DNA of 64,000 bases from an uncultured Planctomycetales bacterium (GCA_964428315.1 CAYRXT010000002.1:6859-70858); one strand, 5' to 3'; shown: positions 1 to 9,407, counted from the stretch's first letter. A program made the numbers and translations. The notes: generated from the letters alone by a model not told the origin.

Positions 1-1566
1 GACCATTCGGCGGCGGCCATCATCCTGGTCGATAACGAGGAAAGGGTTGTCTCCTGGAACAAGTTCACCGAACAGCTCCTGAACATGAAAAAATCCGACC
101 TCTACATGAAACACGTCAGCCTGCTCTATCCCCGGGAGGACTGGGACAAGATCCGTTCGGAGGGTATCCGGAGGATGGGATCCCGTTACAACCTGGAAAC
201 GCGCGTCGTCAAGAAAGGCGGCTCTGTCATCGACGTCGAACTGTCCGTCAACGTGCTGAAGGACAGCGCCGGCCTCGTCGTCGGATCGGTGGGCATGCTG
301 CAGGACATCACGGACAAGAAGAGGGCCACCCGGATGCTGCTGGAGGCCAAACTCGCCGCCGAGGAGGCCAACACGGCCAAGAGCATGTTCCTGGCCAACA
401 TGTCCCATGAGGTGCGCACGCCCATGAATGCCATACTCGGCATGATCGACATGACGCTGGACACGAGCCTTGACGAGGAACAGCGGGACAACCTCAATAC
501 CGCGAAGGATGCCGCCGACAATCTCCTGAGCCTGATTAACGACATCCTCGACCTGTCCAAGGTTGAGGCCGGCAAGGTCAGTCTGGAGAATATCGATTTC
601 AATATCCGTAACGTCATCAAGAGCGTCCACAAGGGGCTCCTGATCCTGGCGAGGAAGAAGAACCTGGATCTTTTGATCGAGGTGGAGGAGGGGCTCCCCG
701 AACTGCTGAAGGGAGATCCGGTGCGTCTGCGCCAGATCATCATCAATCTGGTCAATAACGCGATCAAGTTCACGGCCAAAGGACATGTCAAACTCTCGGT
801 TTCGAAACAGGAGGATCTCGGCAAAGAGCAGGTGCTGAGGTTCGCCGTGGAGGATACGGGGATCGGGATCCCCGAAGAGAAACAGAAGTCGATCTTTGAA
901 CCGTTCACCCAGGCGGACGACACGACGACGCGGCGGTTCGGCGGGACGGGCCTGGGGCTGGCCATTTCCAAACGGCTGATCGAGATGATGGGCGGACGTA
1001 TCTGGGTCGAGAGCGAAGAAGGCAGGGGGACGACGTTCTTTTTTACGGCCGTGTTCACGGTCAAGAAGGTCGGTGAACTGAAGCCGATCACATTCGACGA
1101 AGGCGTCACAAAGAAGGAGGAGACGGCCGAGCCCGCGCGCGGGCGGAGCGGGACCCCCGCGGTGAGCGCCGCGCAGGATATCCCGGGGGCCGGCGTGAAG
1201 ATCCTTCTGGCCGAAGACAATCCGGTGAACCAGAAGATCGCGCTCAAGATGCTGCAGAAGAAAGGGTTCACAGTCTCGGCCGTGGAGAACGGCCGGCAGG
1301 CACTTGAGACCCTGGACAAGGAGACGTTTGATCTGGTTTTGATGGATGTCCAGATGCCGGTGATGGACGGATTGGAGGCGACGCGACTGATCCGGCAAAA
1401 AGAAGAGCGGCAGGGGGGGCATCTGCCCATTGTGGCCATGACGGCGCACGCCATGGAGGGCGATGACCAGAAATGCCTAGCCGCCGGCATGGACGATTAT
1501 GTCTCCAAGCCGGTCGACAGGGCCAAGCTGTTCGGCATCATTGAGAAAATGACCGCGCGCGGCTAG
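1..1566 (+). CDS. Hybrid sensor histidine kinase/response regulator (PAS-HisKA-HATPase-REC), 5' end outside window
   Basis: Reading frame is open from nt 1. H-box 'ANMSHEVRTPMNAILGM', HATPase G-boxes 'DTGIGI' and 'GGTGLGL', and a C-terminal receiver 'ILLAEDNPVNQ...LVLMDVQMPVMDG'. Confidence 0.85.
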   Translation, partial: DHSAAAIILVDNEERVVSWNKFTEQLLNMKKSDLYMKHVSLLYPREDWDKIRSEGIRRMGSRYNLETRVVKKGGSVIDVELSVNVLKDSAGLVVGSVGMLQDITDKKRATRMLLEAKLAAEEANTAKSMFLANMSHEVRTPMNAILGMIDMTLDTSLDEEQRDNLNTAKDAADNLLSLINDILDLSKVEAGKVSLENIDFNIRNVIKSVHKGLLILARKKNLDLLIEVEEGLPELLKGDPVRLRQIIINLVNNAIKFTAKGHVKLSVSKQEDLGKEQVLRFAVEDTGIGIPEEKQKSIFEPFTQADDTTTRRFGGTGLGLAISKRLIEMMGGRIWVESEEGRGTTFFFTAVFTVKKVGELKPITFDEGVTKKEETAEPARGRSGTPAVSAAQDIPGAGVKILLAEDNPVNQKIALKMLQKKGFTVSAVENGRQALETLDKETFDLVLMDVQMPVMDGLEATRLIRQKEERQGGHLPIVAMTAHAMEGDDQKCLAAGMDDYVSKPVDRAKLFGIIEKMTARG

Positions 1567-1669
1567 GCGCTGCACGGCATTGTCACTGCAAGGAAGCCAT
1601 TGACGGAGCCGTCCGAAGGCATTGCGCGTTTCCACGTGTTTAACGGATTTCATCCGACTTCGCAGAATA

Positions 1670-1688
1670 CCACGGCTTTTAGCCGTGG
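1670..1688. repeat. Perfect hairpin CCACGGCT-ttt-AGCCGTGG in the HK-Hpt spacer, followed by a repeated half-site CTAAAAGCCGTGG at 1700-1712
   Basis: Read directly from the sequence. Confidence 0.6.
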
Positions 1689-1762
1689 ATGAATGCGGAC
1701 TAAAAGCCGTGGCGCTTCGTCGGATTGCGCCTGAAGATTTACGAATTCGGATAAGAGAGGGA

Positions 1763-1780
1763 CCACGGGCTTGCCCGTGG
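1763..1780. repeat. Related hairpin CCACGGGC-tt-GCCCGTGG, with the same CCACGG/CCGTGG core as 1670-1688
   Basis: Read directly from the sequence. Confidence 0.6.
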
Positions 1781-1811
1781 GGCTCCATACTCAACAAACG
1801 GGAAGGGGAAC

Positions 1812-2162
1812 ATGGAGAACGAAATTCTAGATTATCAGGAAGTGATGGAAAGGGTCGAAAACGACCGCGAACTGCTCATTGAACTTATCGAGATCTTCCT
1901 CGACGACTGTCCGCCGAAAATCCGGAAAATCCGTGAGGCGGCCGCGGGCGGGGATTATACCCAGATGTCCGACATGGCCCATTCCCTGAAGGGCTCTTCC
2001 GGGAACCTGGCCGCCAAAAAGATGAGCAGCCTGTTCCTTCAGATCGAGCAGAAAGGCAAAAGTCAGGATGCCTCCGGCGTCGACGACATACTCGGGGACG
2101 CTGAGGCGCTTCTTCAGGAACTGCGCGGGTATCTGCAAAAGCTGAAAGACGGCGGACAATAA
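1812..2162 (+). CDS. Histidine phosphotransfer (Hpt) domain protein
   Basis: Hpt signature 'MAHSLKGSSGNLAA', all-helical, 116 aa. Confidence 0.8.
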   Translation: MENEILDYQEVMERVENDRELLIELIEIFLDDCPPKIRKIREAAAGGDYTQMSDMAHSLKGSSGNLAAKKMSSLFLQIEQKGKSQDASGVDDILGDAEALLQELRGYLQKLKDGGQ

Positions 2163-2178
2163 GAGTCCCGCTTCTGCC

Positions 2179-2907
2179 GTGCCGGCTCAATTCCGAGGCC
2201 GGCCGTCTTCCCAATTTCGAACAAGAGACCGTCCTATGACCGTTTTGAACGTCTTGCTGACGATCGGCATGTTTACGATCGTGGCGCTTCTGGTGATCAT
2301 TGTCGCCCTCCCCGATGATATCAAGAAGCGAAAGAAGAGAAAACGCCCGAAGAACCAGGCGCCGGAACCGGACCGGGAGCAGAACGACGGGGCGCAGAAG
2401 TATGACCGGATTGTCAGGCGTCTGAAAGGGCAGATCGCCGAACTGGAACAGGACGGCCAGAAGGCGGTCAAGGACGCGGCCGTGGAAAAGGTCAAAAACC
2501 GCAAACTGCAGGAAAAGCTGAAGAAGGAACAGGAGTGGCGCCGCCGGGAAGAGAGCAAGACGGACAAGAAACAACAGTACGCGGGCGAGCTGAAAGAAAG
2601 CCTGGAAAAACTGCAGAAGGATTTTGACGAGAGTTATAATGTGCGTTTGCGGCTGGAACGCGAGCTCAGGGAACTGAAAAACGAGTACGAAAAGACGGAT
2701 CAGGAAAGGCGGAATCTCACCCTGAAGGTCATGGGTCTCGAGGGAGAGCTGGAGAGCCGGAAGAAAGAGACGGCGGAACTCAAGAAGGAAAACCGCGCGT
2801 TGATGCAGGAGAGCCAGGAAAAGAGCTGGGTGGCCAAGGCGGAGTACGAGCGTCTGGAGCGCCTGCTGAAACAGAAAGAAAAAGAGATTCAGGACATGAG
2901 ACCTTGA
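2179..2907 (+). CDS. Membrane-anchored coiled-coil protein (one N-terminal TM helix, K/E-rich heptad region), function unknown
   Basis: TM segment 'VLNVLLTIGMFTIVALLVIIVAL' followed by about 180 aa of charged coiled coil. The start may instead be the ATG at 2236. Confidence 0.5.
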   Translation: MPAQFRGRPSSQFRTRDRPMTVLNVLLTIGMFTIVALLVIIVALPDDIKKRKKRKRPKNQAPEPDREQNDGAQKYDRIVRRLKGQIAELEQDGQKAVKDAAVEKVKNRKLQEKLKKEQEWRRREESKTDKKQQYAGELKESLEKLQKDFDESYNVRLRLERELRELKNEYEKTDQERRNLTLKVMGLEGELESRKKETAELKKENRALMQESQEKSWVAKAEYERLERLLKQKEKEIQDMRP

Positions 2908-2962
2908 CCGGCCGCGGCCCGCCGAGGTCGAATAAACCGTGTCGAAGGAACATTTCCCCGTC

Positions 2963-3502
2963 ATGAACCTGGTTATTAATACCCATCCGCTGGACGACGA
3001 TCACTCCCTGAGCGGCGCGCTGGCCGGGCGTCTCGCCGGTCATTTGAACGGCGAGACGCGGACGGTCCGTCTCTACCGCCACGAACAGCGCTATTTCGAT
3101 TTCACGTTCAACGAGGAATGGATCGCCTTGGTCAAGGAGGCGCGGCGGCTGATCTTCCCCGTGCCGATGTGGAATTTCACCGTCCCCGCGGCGCTGAAGG
3201 ATTTTTTCGACAAGATCACCAAGCAGGGAGAGACATGGGATATTCGGGAAGGCCGGTTTGTCGGGCTTGTGCCCGACAAACCGGCCTTCGTCATCATGAC
3301 CAGCGGCGGGCATTACCCGCCGGGCGCGGTCAATGACTTCCTTACCCCTTATATGCGCTGCATCCTTTCCTTCATCGGTATCGAGCGGGTGGCATTCTAC
3401 CGCGTCAGCCGCGTGTCGGACAGCCCGGCGTTGATTCAGGACGAGGCCTTTATGGAAAAACATACCCGCGCCATGCTCAGCGCCCTGGCCGTCAAGGCAT
3501 GA
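2963..3502 (+). CDS. azoR: FMN-dependent NADH-azoreductase-like flavodoxin-fold protein (AzoR family)
   Basis: 'PMWNF', 'IMTSGG' and 'TPYMRCILSFIGI' match AzoR motifs. The ORF track starts at a GTG at 2939; the ATG at 2963 fits the AzoR N-terminus better. Confidence 0.7.
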   Translation: MNLVINTHPLDDDHSLSGALAGRLAGHLNGETRTVRLYRHEQRYFDFTFNEEWIALVKEARRLIFPVPMWNFTVPAALKDFFDKITKQGETWDIREGRFVGLVPDKPAFVIMTSGGHYPPGAVNDFLTPYMRCILSFIGIERVAFYRVSRVSDSPALIQDEAFMEKHTRAMLSALAVKA

Positions 3503-4686
3503 GATTCGCTTCACGCACGGACTGGGATTCCCTTGAGAACGAGCTCACCGCGGCCCTTGCGGGTCTGAAGGCCGAAGGGGTCCGCGTCATTGACCTGACC
3601 GTGTCCAACCCGACGTCCTGCGGTTTACGGTTCCCTTCCGGAAAAATTCTTGAGCCGCTGTCCTGCGGCCAAAACCTGTCCTACCGGCCTGACCCCTTGG
3701 GGACGCTTCGGGCCCGCGAGGCCGTCGCCGCCTGTTATTCAGCGAAGGGATACCGTTGCGCCGCGGAAGATATTTTTTTGACGGCGAGCACGAGCGAAAG
3801 CTATGCTTTTCTTTTCCGGCTGTTATGCTCGGCCGGGGAGGAGGTCCTTGTCCCGGCCCCCAGTTATCCGCTTTTTGAACTCCTGGCGCGCATTTGTGAC
3901 GTCCGGCTTGTCCCCTATCCTTTGAGGTATTCGGGTGCCGGCGGATGGCGGATCGATATCGACAGCCTCGCGCGCGGACTGCCCCCGGCCGCCAAGGCGG
4001 TGGTCCTCGTCAATCCCAACAACCCGACGGGAAACTTCGTGCACAAGGACGAGCTCTCTTCCCTCAATGACATATGCCGCAAGGGAGGCCTGGCCCTGAT
4101 CTGTGACGAGGTCTTCCATGAATTTCTATTCGAAGATAAAGAAACGCCGCTGAGCCTGCTGGGAAACAGCGCGGTCCCGACGTTCACCATGGCCGGTGCA
4201 TCGAAAAGCCTGGGCCTGCCGCAGATGAAGCTGGCCTGGACGGCGGCGAGCGGTCCCCGGGATATGATCGAAGAGGCCATGCGGCGGCTGTCCATTATCC
4301 TGGACACCTTCCTTTCGGTCAACACCCCGGTCCAGAACGCTATCCCGGAGTGGCTCGCGCTTCTTCCCGAAATCCGCGCCGTTATCACCCGGCGCGTACG
4401 GCAGAACAGGGAGGCCCTGGAGCGGGCGCTCGGCGGCGCGCCGGCGGGCATGTCCCTGTTAAAGGCGGAGGGAGGATGGTACGCCGTCTGCTCATTGCCG
4501 GAGGCCCTGCCCGAAGAGGATTGGGCCATGGATTTTCTGGAGAACGCCCGTGTCTTCGTGCATCCCGGCTATTTTTTCGATTTTCCCGGCGGGGCGCATA
4601 TGGTCTTGAGCCTTCTGCCGCCGGAGGACTTATTCCGGGAGGGGATAGACAAGGTCCTGGCTCGGGTCCGGAGCCGGATGTCATAA
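3499..4686 (+). CDS. Class I/II PLP-dependent aminotransferase
   Basis: 'LVNPNNPTGNFV' and the PLP-lysine region 'AGASKSLGLPQMKLAW'. ATGA overlap with the upstream stop. Confidence 0.8.
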   Translation: MRFASRTDWDSLENELTAALAGLKAEGVRVIDLTVSNPTSCGLRFPSGKILEPLSCGQNLSYRPDPLGTLRAREAVAACYSAKGYRCAAEDIFLTASTSESYAFLFRLLCSAGEEVLVPAPSYPLFELLARICDVRLVPYPLRYSGAGGWRIDIDSLARGLPPAAKAVVLVNPNNPTGNFVHKDELSSLNDICRKGGLALICDEVFHEFLFEDKETPLSLLGNSAVPTFTMAGASKSLGLPQMKLAWTAASGPRDMIEEAMRRLSIILDTFLSVNTPVQNAIPEWLALLPEIRAVITRRVRQNREALERALGGAPAGMSLLKAEGGWYAVCSLPEALPEEDWAMDFLENARVFVHPGYFFDFPGGAHMVLSLLPPEDLFREGIDKVLARVRSRMS

Positions 4687-4789
4687 AACTTGCAAAGTTT
4701 TGGACATTTGATAATATGTTTATCGAATCCCGGACCCTGAACTTTCCCGGTTAAATCCGTCAAAGAGAAAAAGTGAAAGGACTTGCCCG

Positions 4790-5266
4790 ATGCGCAAACG
4801 GCCCGACTGGGACGCGTATTTTCTCAAATTGGCCATGCTGGCCTCGGAACGTTCCACCTGCCCGAGGATGCACTGCGGATGCGTCCTCGTCAAGGACAAG
4901 CACGTGATCGCGACCGGATACAACGGCTCCATCCCCGGCGACGACCACTGCGAAGACGTCGGGTGCCTGGTCGTCGAGAACCACTGCGTGCGCACCGTCC
5001 ACGCGGAGATCAACGCCCTGGTCCAGGCCGCCAAGCGGGGCAACGCCGTCGAGGGCGCCACGGCCTATGTCACGAACATGCCCTGTACCACCTGCGCCAA
5101 GGCCTTGGTCATCGCCGGCATAAAGCGCGTCGTTATCTTCAGCGATTTTCACGACACGCTGGCGACGGAATTTTTCGCCAAGGCCGGGGTCGTGATCGAC
5201 AAGAAGGATATCCCTTCGACGACAATCGTGTATGATCTCGAAAGCTATTCTTCCGCCCGCAGGTGA
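4790..5266 (+). CDS. comEB: Deoxycytidylate (dCMP) deaminase
   Basis: Zinc-binding 'HAEINAL' and 'PCTTCAKAL'. Confidence 0.85.
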   Translation: MRKRPDWDAYFLKLAMLASERSTCPRMHCGCVLVKDKHVIATGYNGSIPGDDHCEDVGCLVVENHCVRTVHAEINALVQAAKRGNAVEGATAYVTNMPCTTCAKALVIAGIKRVVIFSDFHDTLATEFFAKAGVVIDKKDIPSTTIVYDLESYSSARR

Positions 5267-5334
5267 GAACCGCGGGCTCCCATTGAAGACTTTATGCGAA
5301 GCATCCGAACAATCCGCCGAAGAGGTCTTTCCCA

Positions 5335-5745
5335 ATGCCTGAACTGAAGATCCTGATAGCCGAAGACGAACCGGACGTCCGGGAGATCATGGCGAAATGG
5401 GTCAGGAACGAAGGCTATGAGGTCATCACCGCCTCCGACGGGGCCGAGGCCTGGGAGAAGATCCAGAAGGAGTCCCCGGACATGGTCCTCCTTGACCTTG
5501 TCATGCCCGGACTGAACGGCCTCGAGGTCCTGAAGCTTCTTCGGGCCAAGCCGACGTCCAAGACGTGGCAGCCGGTCATCATCGTTTCCGCCCACGGACA
5601 GCTTGAGGACATTAAAAAAGGTTTTTCTCTGGAGGCGGACCATTATCTGACGAAACCCTGCACCCCCGAAGATATCCTCAAGGGCATCCGGGTGATGGCC
5701 ACCCTGATCCCTTTGCGGAGGTCCGGGACCCACGAGAACACATAA
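5335..5745 (+). CDS. Single-domain response regulator (CheY-like receiver)
   Basis: 'KILIAEDEPDV...DLVMPGLNGLEVL...K'. Confidence 0.8.
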   Translation: MPELKILIAEDEPDVREIMAKWVRNEGYEVITASDGAEAWEKIQKESPDMVLLDLVMPGLNGLEVLKLLRAKPTSKTWQPVIIVSAHGQLEDIKKGFSLEADHYLTKPCTPEDILKGIRVMATLIPLRRSGTHENT

Positions 5746-5755
5746 ACCACCGTTC

Positions 5756-6607
5756 ATGACCGCGGAAAAAATGAACCTAGCCGTCAAGATCCCCCTGATT
5801 CTTGCGATCGCGGCCTTCGCGTTTATCGCCTTTGTCCGTTATCTTGAGAACAGCAGCGTGTTTTATCCGAACCGGACGATCCTGGCCACGCCCGAGGCCG
5901 TTCACCTGCCTTACGAAGAAGTCAGTATCCTGACAGAGGATCATCTCACGCTTAACGCATGGTTTGTCCCCGGCCGGGGCACAGCCCCCCGGGGCACCCT
6001 GCTTTTCTTTCACGGGAACGCGGGAAACATCGGCGACCGCCTGGCCAAGATCCAGGCCTTCCATGACATGGGTCTCAATGTCTTTATTGTCGATTACCGG
6101 GGTTACGGGAAGAGCGAAGGCGTCCCCACCGAGACAGGTCTCTACACCGACGCCCTTGCCGCTTACGACGACCTGCGCGGCCGGCGCGGTGTCCCTCCGG
6201 AGGCTGTTGTCGTTTACGGCGCATCCCTCGGCGGGGCCGTGGCCGTGGACCTAGCGGCAAGAGAGCCCGTCGGGGCCCTGATCGTCGAGTCGTCTTTCCC
6301 CAGCGCCGCCGACGTCAGCCGGGCTATTTATCCGTTTATCCCGACGGCACTTTTAAGAACAAAGATGGATTCCCTCTCCAAGATCAAGGCGGTGAAGGCG
6401 CCCAAGCTTTTTCTCCACGGCCCCCGGGACGAGGTCATCCCCTTCCGTTTGGGGAAAAGGCTTTTTGAGGCCGCGCCGCCTCCGAAGCGCTTCGTGGAGC
6501 TGGAGGGCGGACACAACGCGGACCAGACGGTCCCCGGCGGGATCTGGGAGAGGGCCATACGTTCTTTTCTTAAGGACCATCATCTTTTAACCGAAGGGGG
6601 ATCATGA
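5756..6607 (+). CDS. Alpha/beta-hydrolase (BEM46/hydrolase_4-like) with an N-terminal membrane anchor
   Basis: 'FFHGNAGNIG', 'DYRGYGKSEG', Ser-nucleophile context 'GASLGG'. Confidence 0.7.
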   Translation: MTAEKMNLAVKIPLILAIAAFAFIAFVRYLENSSVFYPNRTILATPEAVHLPYEEVSILTEDHLTLNAWFVPGRGTAPRGTLLFFHGNAGNIGDRLAKIQAFHDMGLNVFIVDYRGYGKSEGVPTETGLYTDALAAYDDLRGRRGVPPEAVVVYGASLGGAVAVDLAAREPVGALIVESSFPSAADVSRAIYPFIPTALLRTKMDSLSKIKAVKAPKLFLHGPRDEVIPFRLGKRLFEAAPPPKRFVELEGGHNADQTVPGGIWERAIRSFLKDHHLLTEGGS

Positions 6608-7821
6608 AAGGATTTTTAAAAACGCGGGGGACAACGGTCGTCGATGAAGCGGGCAGGCGTGTCTTTCTGCGCGGGGTCAACCTCGGCGGCTGGCTGTTGA
6701 TGGAAGGCTACTTTATGCACGCGCCCAACCGCGGGGAAACACTTTTTAAACGCGCGTTCCGGAGAAAATTGGGAAAGGAGGCGCTTGGGGATTTCGAGCG
6801 GGCCTTCCGGGACAATTTTATCCGGAAGGACGACCTGGAAAGGATCGCGGGCATGGGATTGAACTGCGTGCGCGTCCCGTTTCATTACCGGCTCGTGGAG
6901 TCGCGGCCTTACCGGTTTCAGGACGGGGGGCTGGCGTATCTGGACCGGGTCCTCCGGTGGGCCGGGCGGTACGGCCTGCGCGTCATCCTGGACCTGCACG
7001 CGGCCTGCGGGGCGCAGAGCACGGACTGGCATGCCGACAGCCTGGGGCGGGCCGGTCTGTGGGAGAAGGCCTCCTGCCGGAAGAGGACCCTGGCCCTGTG
7101 GGAATTCCTGGCCGACCGTTACCGCGAGAATCCCGTTGTGGCGGGTTATGATGTCCTGAACGAGGCTGTCACCGACGACACCCGGCTGCTGAACCGTTTT
7201 TATAAGGACGTGATACGCGCGATACGTTCGGCGGACAGGCGTCACATCCTCTTCATCGAGGGCAACAGGTGGGCCATGGACCTCGACTGCCTGGAAGAAT
7301 TTAACGACTCGAAGCTGGCGCTGAGCGCGCACGCCTACCAGCCGCTGGATTTTACCTTCAACTTTGTCCCCGGCCTGCGCTATCCATCCGGAAAGGGAAA
7401 GTCGCGCTCCGACAAGAAACTCCTGCGCCGCTGGATGGAACCCTATGCCCGTATCGGCCGGAAGAGACAGCGGCCCGTTTTTATCGGCGAGTTCGGCGTG
7501 AACGCACGCGAAGGACTGTACGGCGAAGACAAGTGGCTGGCCGACATGCTGGCCTTATTCGAAGAATACGGTTTCCACTGGACCTACTGGACATACAAGG
7601 CCGTCAAGAACAGCGAGTTTCCCGACGGGATTTTGAGCTACCGCGCCAATCCGCCGTGGGTCCACCGCCAGGGTCCGGAGACGGGATGGGAGACCTTCGC
7701 GGATCTGTGGCCGGAACGCGCGAAGGCAATGGCGTCGTCCTGGAGGACGCGGCATTTTGTGGAAAACCCGGATGTGGCCAGGGTCCTGCGGAGGTTCCGG
7801 CCCGGAGGCCGGCGAAGATGA
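6604..7821 (+). CDS. Glycoside hydrolase family 5 (cellulase-like)
   Basis: 'VILDLHA', 'VLNEA' (acid/base) and 'FIGEFGV' (nucleophile) follow the GH5 pattern. Confidence 0.6.
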   Translation: MKGFLKTRGTTVVDEAGRRVFLRGVNLGGWLLMEGYFMHAPNRGETLFKRAFRRKLGKEALGDFERAFRDNFIRKDDLERIAGMGLNCVRVPFHYRLVESRPYRFQDGGLAYLDRVLRWAGRYGLRVILDLHAACGAQSTDWHADSLGRAGLWEKASCRKRTLALWEFLADRYRENPVVAGYDVLNEAVTDDTRLLNRFYKDVIRAIRSADRRHILFIEGNRWAMDLDCLEEFNDSKLALSAHAYQPLDFTFNFVPGLRYPSGKGKSRSDKKLLRRWMEPYARIGRKRQRPVFIGEFGVNAREGLYGEDKWLADMLALFEEYGFHWTYWTYKAVKNSEFPDGILSYRANPPWVHRQGPETGWETFADLWPERAKAMASSWRTRHFVENPDVARVLRRFRPGGRRR

Positions 7822-8627
7822 CATCAAAGACCCTGACCAGCGTCAGGAATCCCGCGGTGAAGGAGGCCCTTCTTTTGAGAAGCCCGCGGCACCGCAGGAC
7901 AAGCGGCCTGACCCTTGTCGACGGACTGCGCGAGGTGAGCCGGATGGCCGAGGCGGGCGTCCGGGCCGAGAGGGTCTTCTGGTGCCGGGATATCCTTCCG
8001 GAAAGGCGGCTGGAACCGGCCCTTTCCCGGTTTCTCAAGACATGCGGACAGATATGTTTTGTGAACGAGACGGTTTGCGGCAAGCTGGCTTACGGGGAAC
8101 GGCAGGAAGGGCTTGTGGCCGTTGCGCGGCCGAAGGAGAAGAAACTGCGGGACCTTGCGCTTCCGTCCCGGCCGTTCGCGGTCCTGGCCGAGGGCCTGGA
8201 AAAACCCGGTAACCTCGGGGCGGTTATCCGAAGCTGTGACGCCGCCCTTGTGGACGCCCTGGTCCTTATCGACTGCGCGACGGACGTTTTCAACCCCAAT
8301 GTCATCCGGGCCAGCCTGGGGACGGTGTTTGGCGTGCCGGTCGCGCGCGCCTCGCGCCATGAGGCCAGGTCCTGGCTTTCGAAGAACGGCCTGGCGGTCT
8401 ATGCGGCCTCGCCGGACGCGGACAGGCTGTATAGCGAGGTCTCTTACGACAGACCATCGGCCGTGGTCCTAGGCAGTGAGAGCCGCGGACTGGCGGCCTT
8501 TTGGCTGAAAGAGGCGGATGAACGCGTACGTCTGCCGATGCGCGGCAGGGGGGATTCTCTGAACGTATCGGTCACGGCCGGCATCATCATTTATGAAGCC
8601 CTCAGACAACGCGCTTTGATGGAGTGA
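7818..8627 (+). CDS. SpoU/TrmH-family RNA 2'-O-methyltransferase
   Basis: 'LEKPGNLGAVIRSCDA' and 'SLNVSVTAGIIIYE'. ATGA start overlap with GH5. The long N-terminal extension of ORF 7533 is rejected. Confidence 0.75.
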   Translation: MTSKTLTSVRNPAVKEALLLRSPRHRRTSGLTLVDGLREVSRMAEAGVRAERVFWCRDILPERRLEPALSRFLKTCGQICFVNETVCGKLAYGERQEGLVAVARPKEKKLRDLALPSRPFAVLAEGLEKPGNLGAVIRSCDAALVDALVLIDCATDVFNPNVIRASLGTVFGVPVARASRHEARSWLSKNGLAVYAASPDADRLYSEVSYDRPSAVVLGSESRGLAAFWLKEADERVRLPMRGRGDSLNVSVTAGIIIYEALRQRALME

Positions 8628-8630
8628 CCC

Positions 8631-9407
8631 GTGAAAGACATGTCCGGCAGGATCAAGCTCCAGCTTTTCCTTTCCCGCAGCGGGGCGTGTTCCCGGCGTA
8701 AGGCCCTCGAGGCGGTCAAAGAGGGACGCGTTTCGGTGAACGGCCGCGTCGAGCGGGAACCATCAGTCCTCGTCGATCCGCGGGAAGATGCGGTTTCTTA
8801 CAACGGCCGGCCCGTCCGCGGAAAGCCGTACGCCTACCTGGTGCTGAACAAACCACGGGGTTTTGTGACGACGCGCCGCGACCCGCGCGCCGGCCGGACC
8901 GTCATGCAGATCCTTCCGGCGGAGTTCAGGCATCTTGTCCCGGCCGGCCGCCTGGACAAGGACACCGAGGGCCTGCTCCTTATGACCAACGACGGCGACT
9001 GCGCCTACAAACTCACGCATCCGAAGTTCTGTGTCGAGAAGACCTATCTGGTCAGGGTCCGCGGCCGGGTCGACGGAAAGGATGTCCGGCGGCTGGAGAC
9101 GGGACTTGAGATCGAAGGCCAAAAGACCGCGCCGGCCCGGGCCGCGGACGTGGTGGGCAGGCCGGACTCCACGCAGTTGACCTTGACGATCCATGAAGGC
9201 CGCAAGCGGCAGGTCCGGCTCATGTTTGCGGCCCTGGGGCATCCGGTGCTATATTTGAAACGCTTGCGGCAGGGGCCGCTGCAGCTCGGGCGGCTGAAGA
9301 CCGGGCAGTGGCGTTTGCTGAAGGAAGAGGAGATCAAGGCGCTGAAAACAATCGAGTCCCCGTCCGGCGCCGGGGCGCATGACGGCAGAAGAGGCGGCAT
9401 CCATTGA
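8631..9407 (+). CDS. rluB: 23S rRNA pseudouridine synthase, RsuA/RluB family (S4 domain plus catalytic domain)
   Basis: 'PRGFVTTRRDP...GRLDKDTEGLLLMTNDGD'. Confidence 0.8.
   Translation: MKDMSGRIKLQLFLSRSGACSRRKALEAVKEGRVSVNGRVEREPSVLVDPREDAVSYNGRPVRGKPYAYLVLNKPRGFVTTRRDPRAGRTVMQILPAEFRHLVPAGRLDKDTEGLLLMTNDGDCAYKLTHPKFCVEKTYLVRVRGRVDGKDVRRLETGLEIEGQKTAPARAADVVGRPDSTQLTLTIHEGRKRQVRLMFAALGHPVLYLKRLRQGPLQLGRLKTGQWRLLKEEEIKALKTIESPSGAGAHDGRRGGIH

Noticed and set aside
186-1490. 434-aa ORF antisense to the histidine kinase. Similar long antisense ORFs occur at 1885-2964, 9044-10213, 17730-18980, 33631-34014, 48094-49668, 58430-59572 and 59907-61076.
   Set aside because: These are typical shadow ORFs of a GC-rich genome. 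Each lies opposite a gene with unmistakable family motifs, and their low-complexity, Arg/Ser/Pro-rich translations have no recognisable motifs.
7533-7817. N-terminal 95-aa extension of the TrmH-like ORF (track start 7533).
   Set aside because: The extension overlaps the 3' end of the GH5 gene in another frame. The methyltransferase homology begins at the ATG at 7818, which overlaps the GH5 stop (ATGA). The same logic rejects the extensions at 46890-47084 (mcsB) and 57722-57886 (holB).
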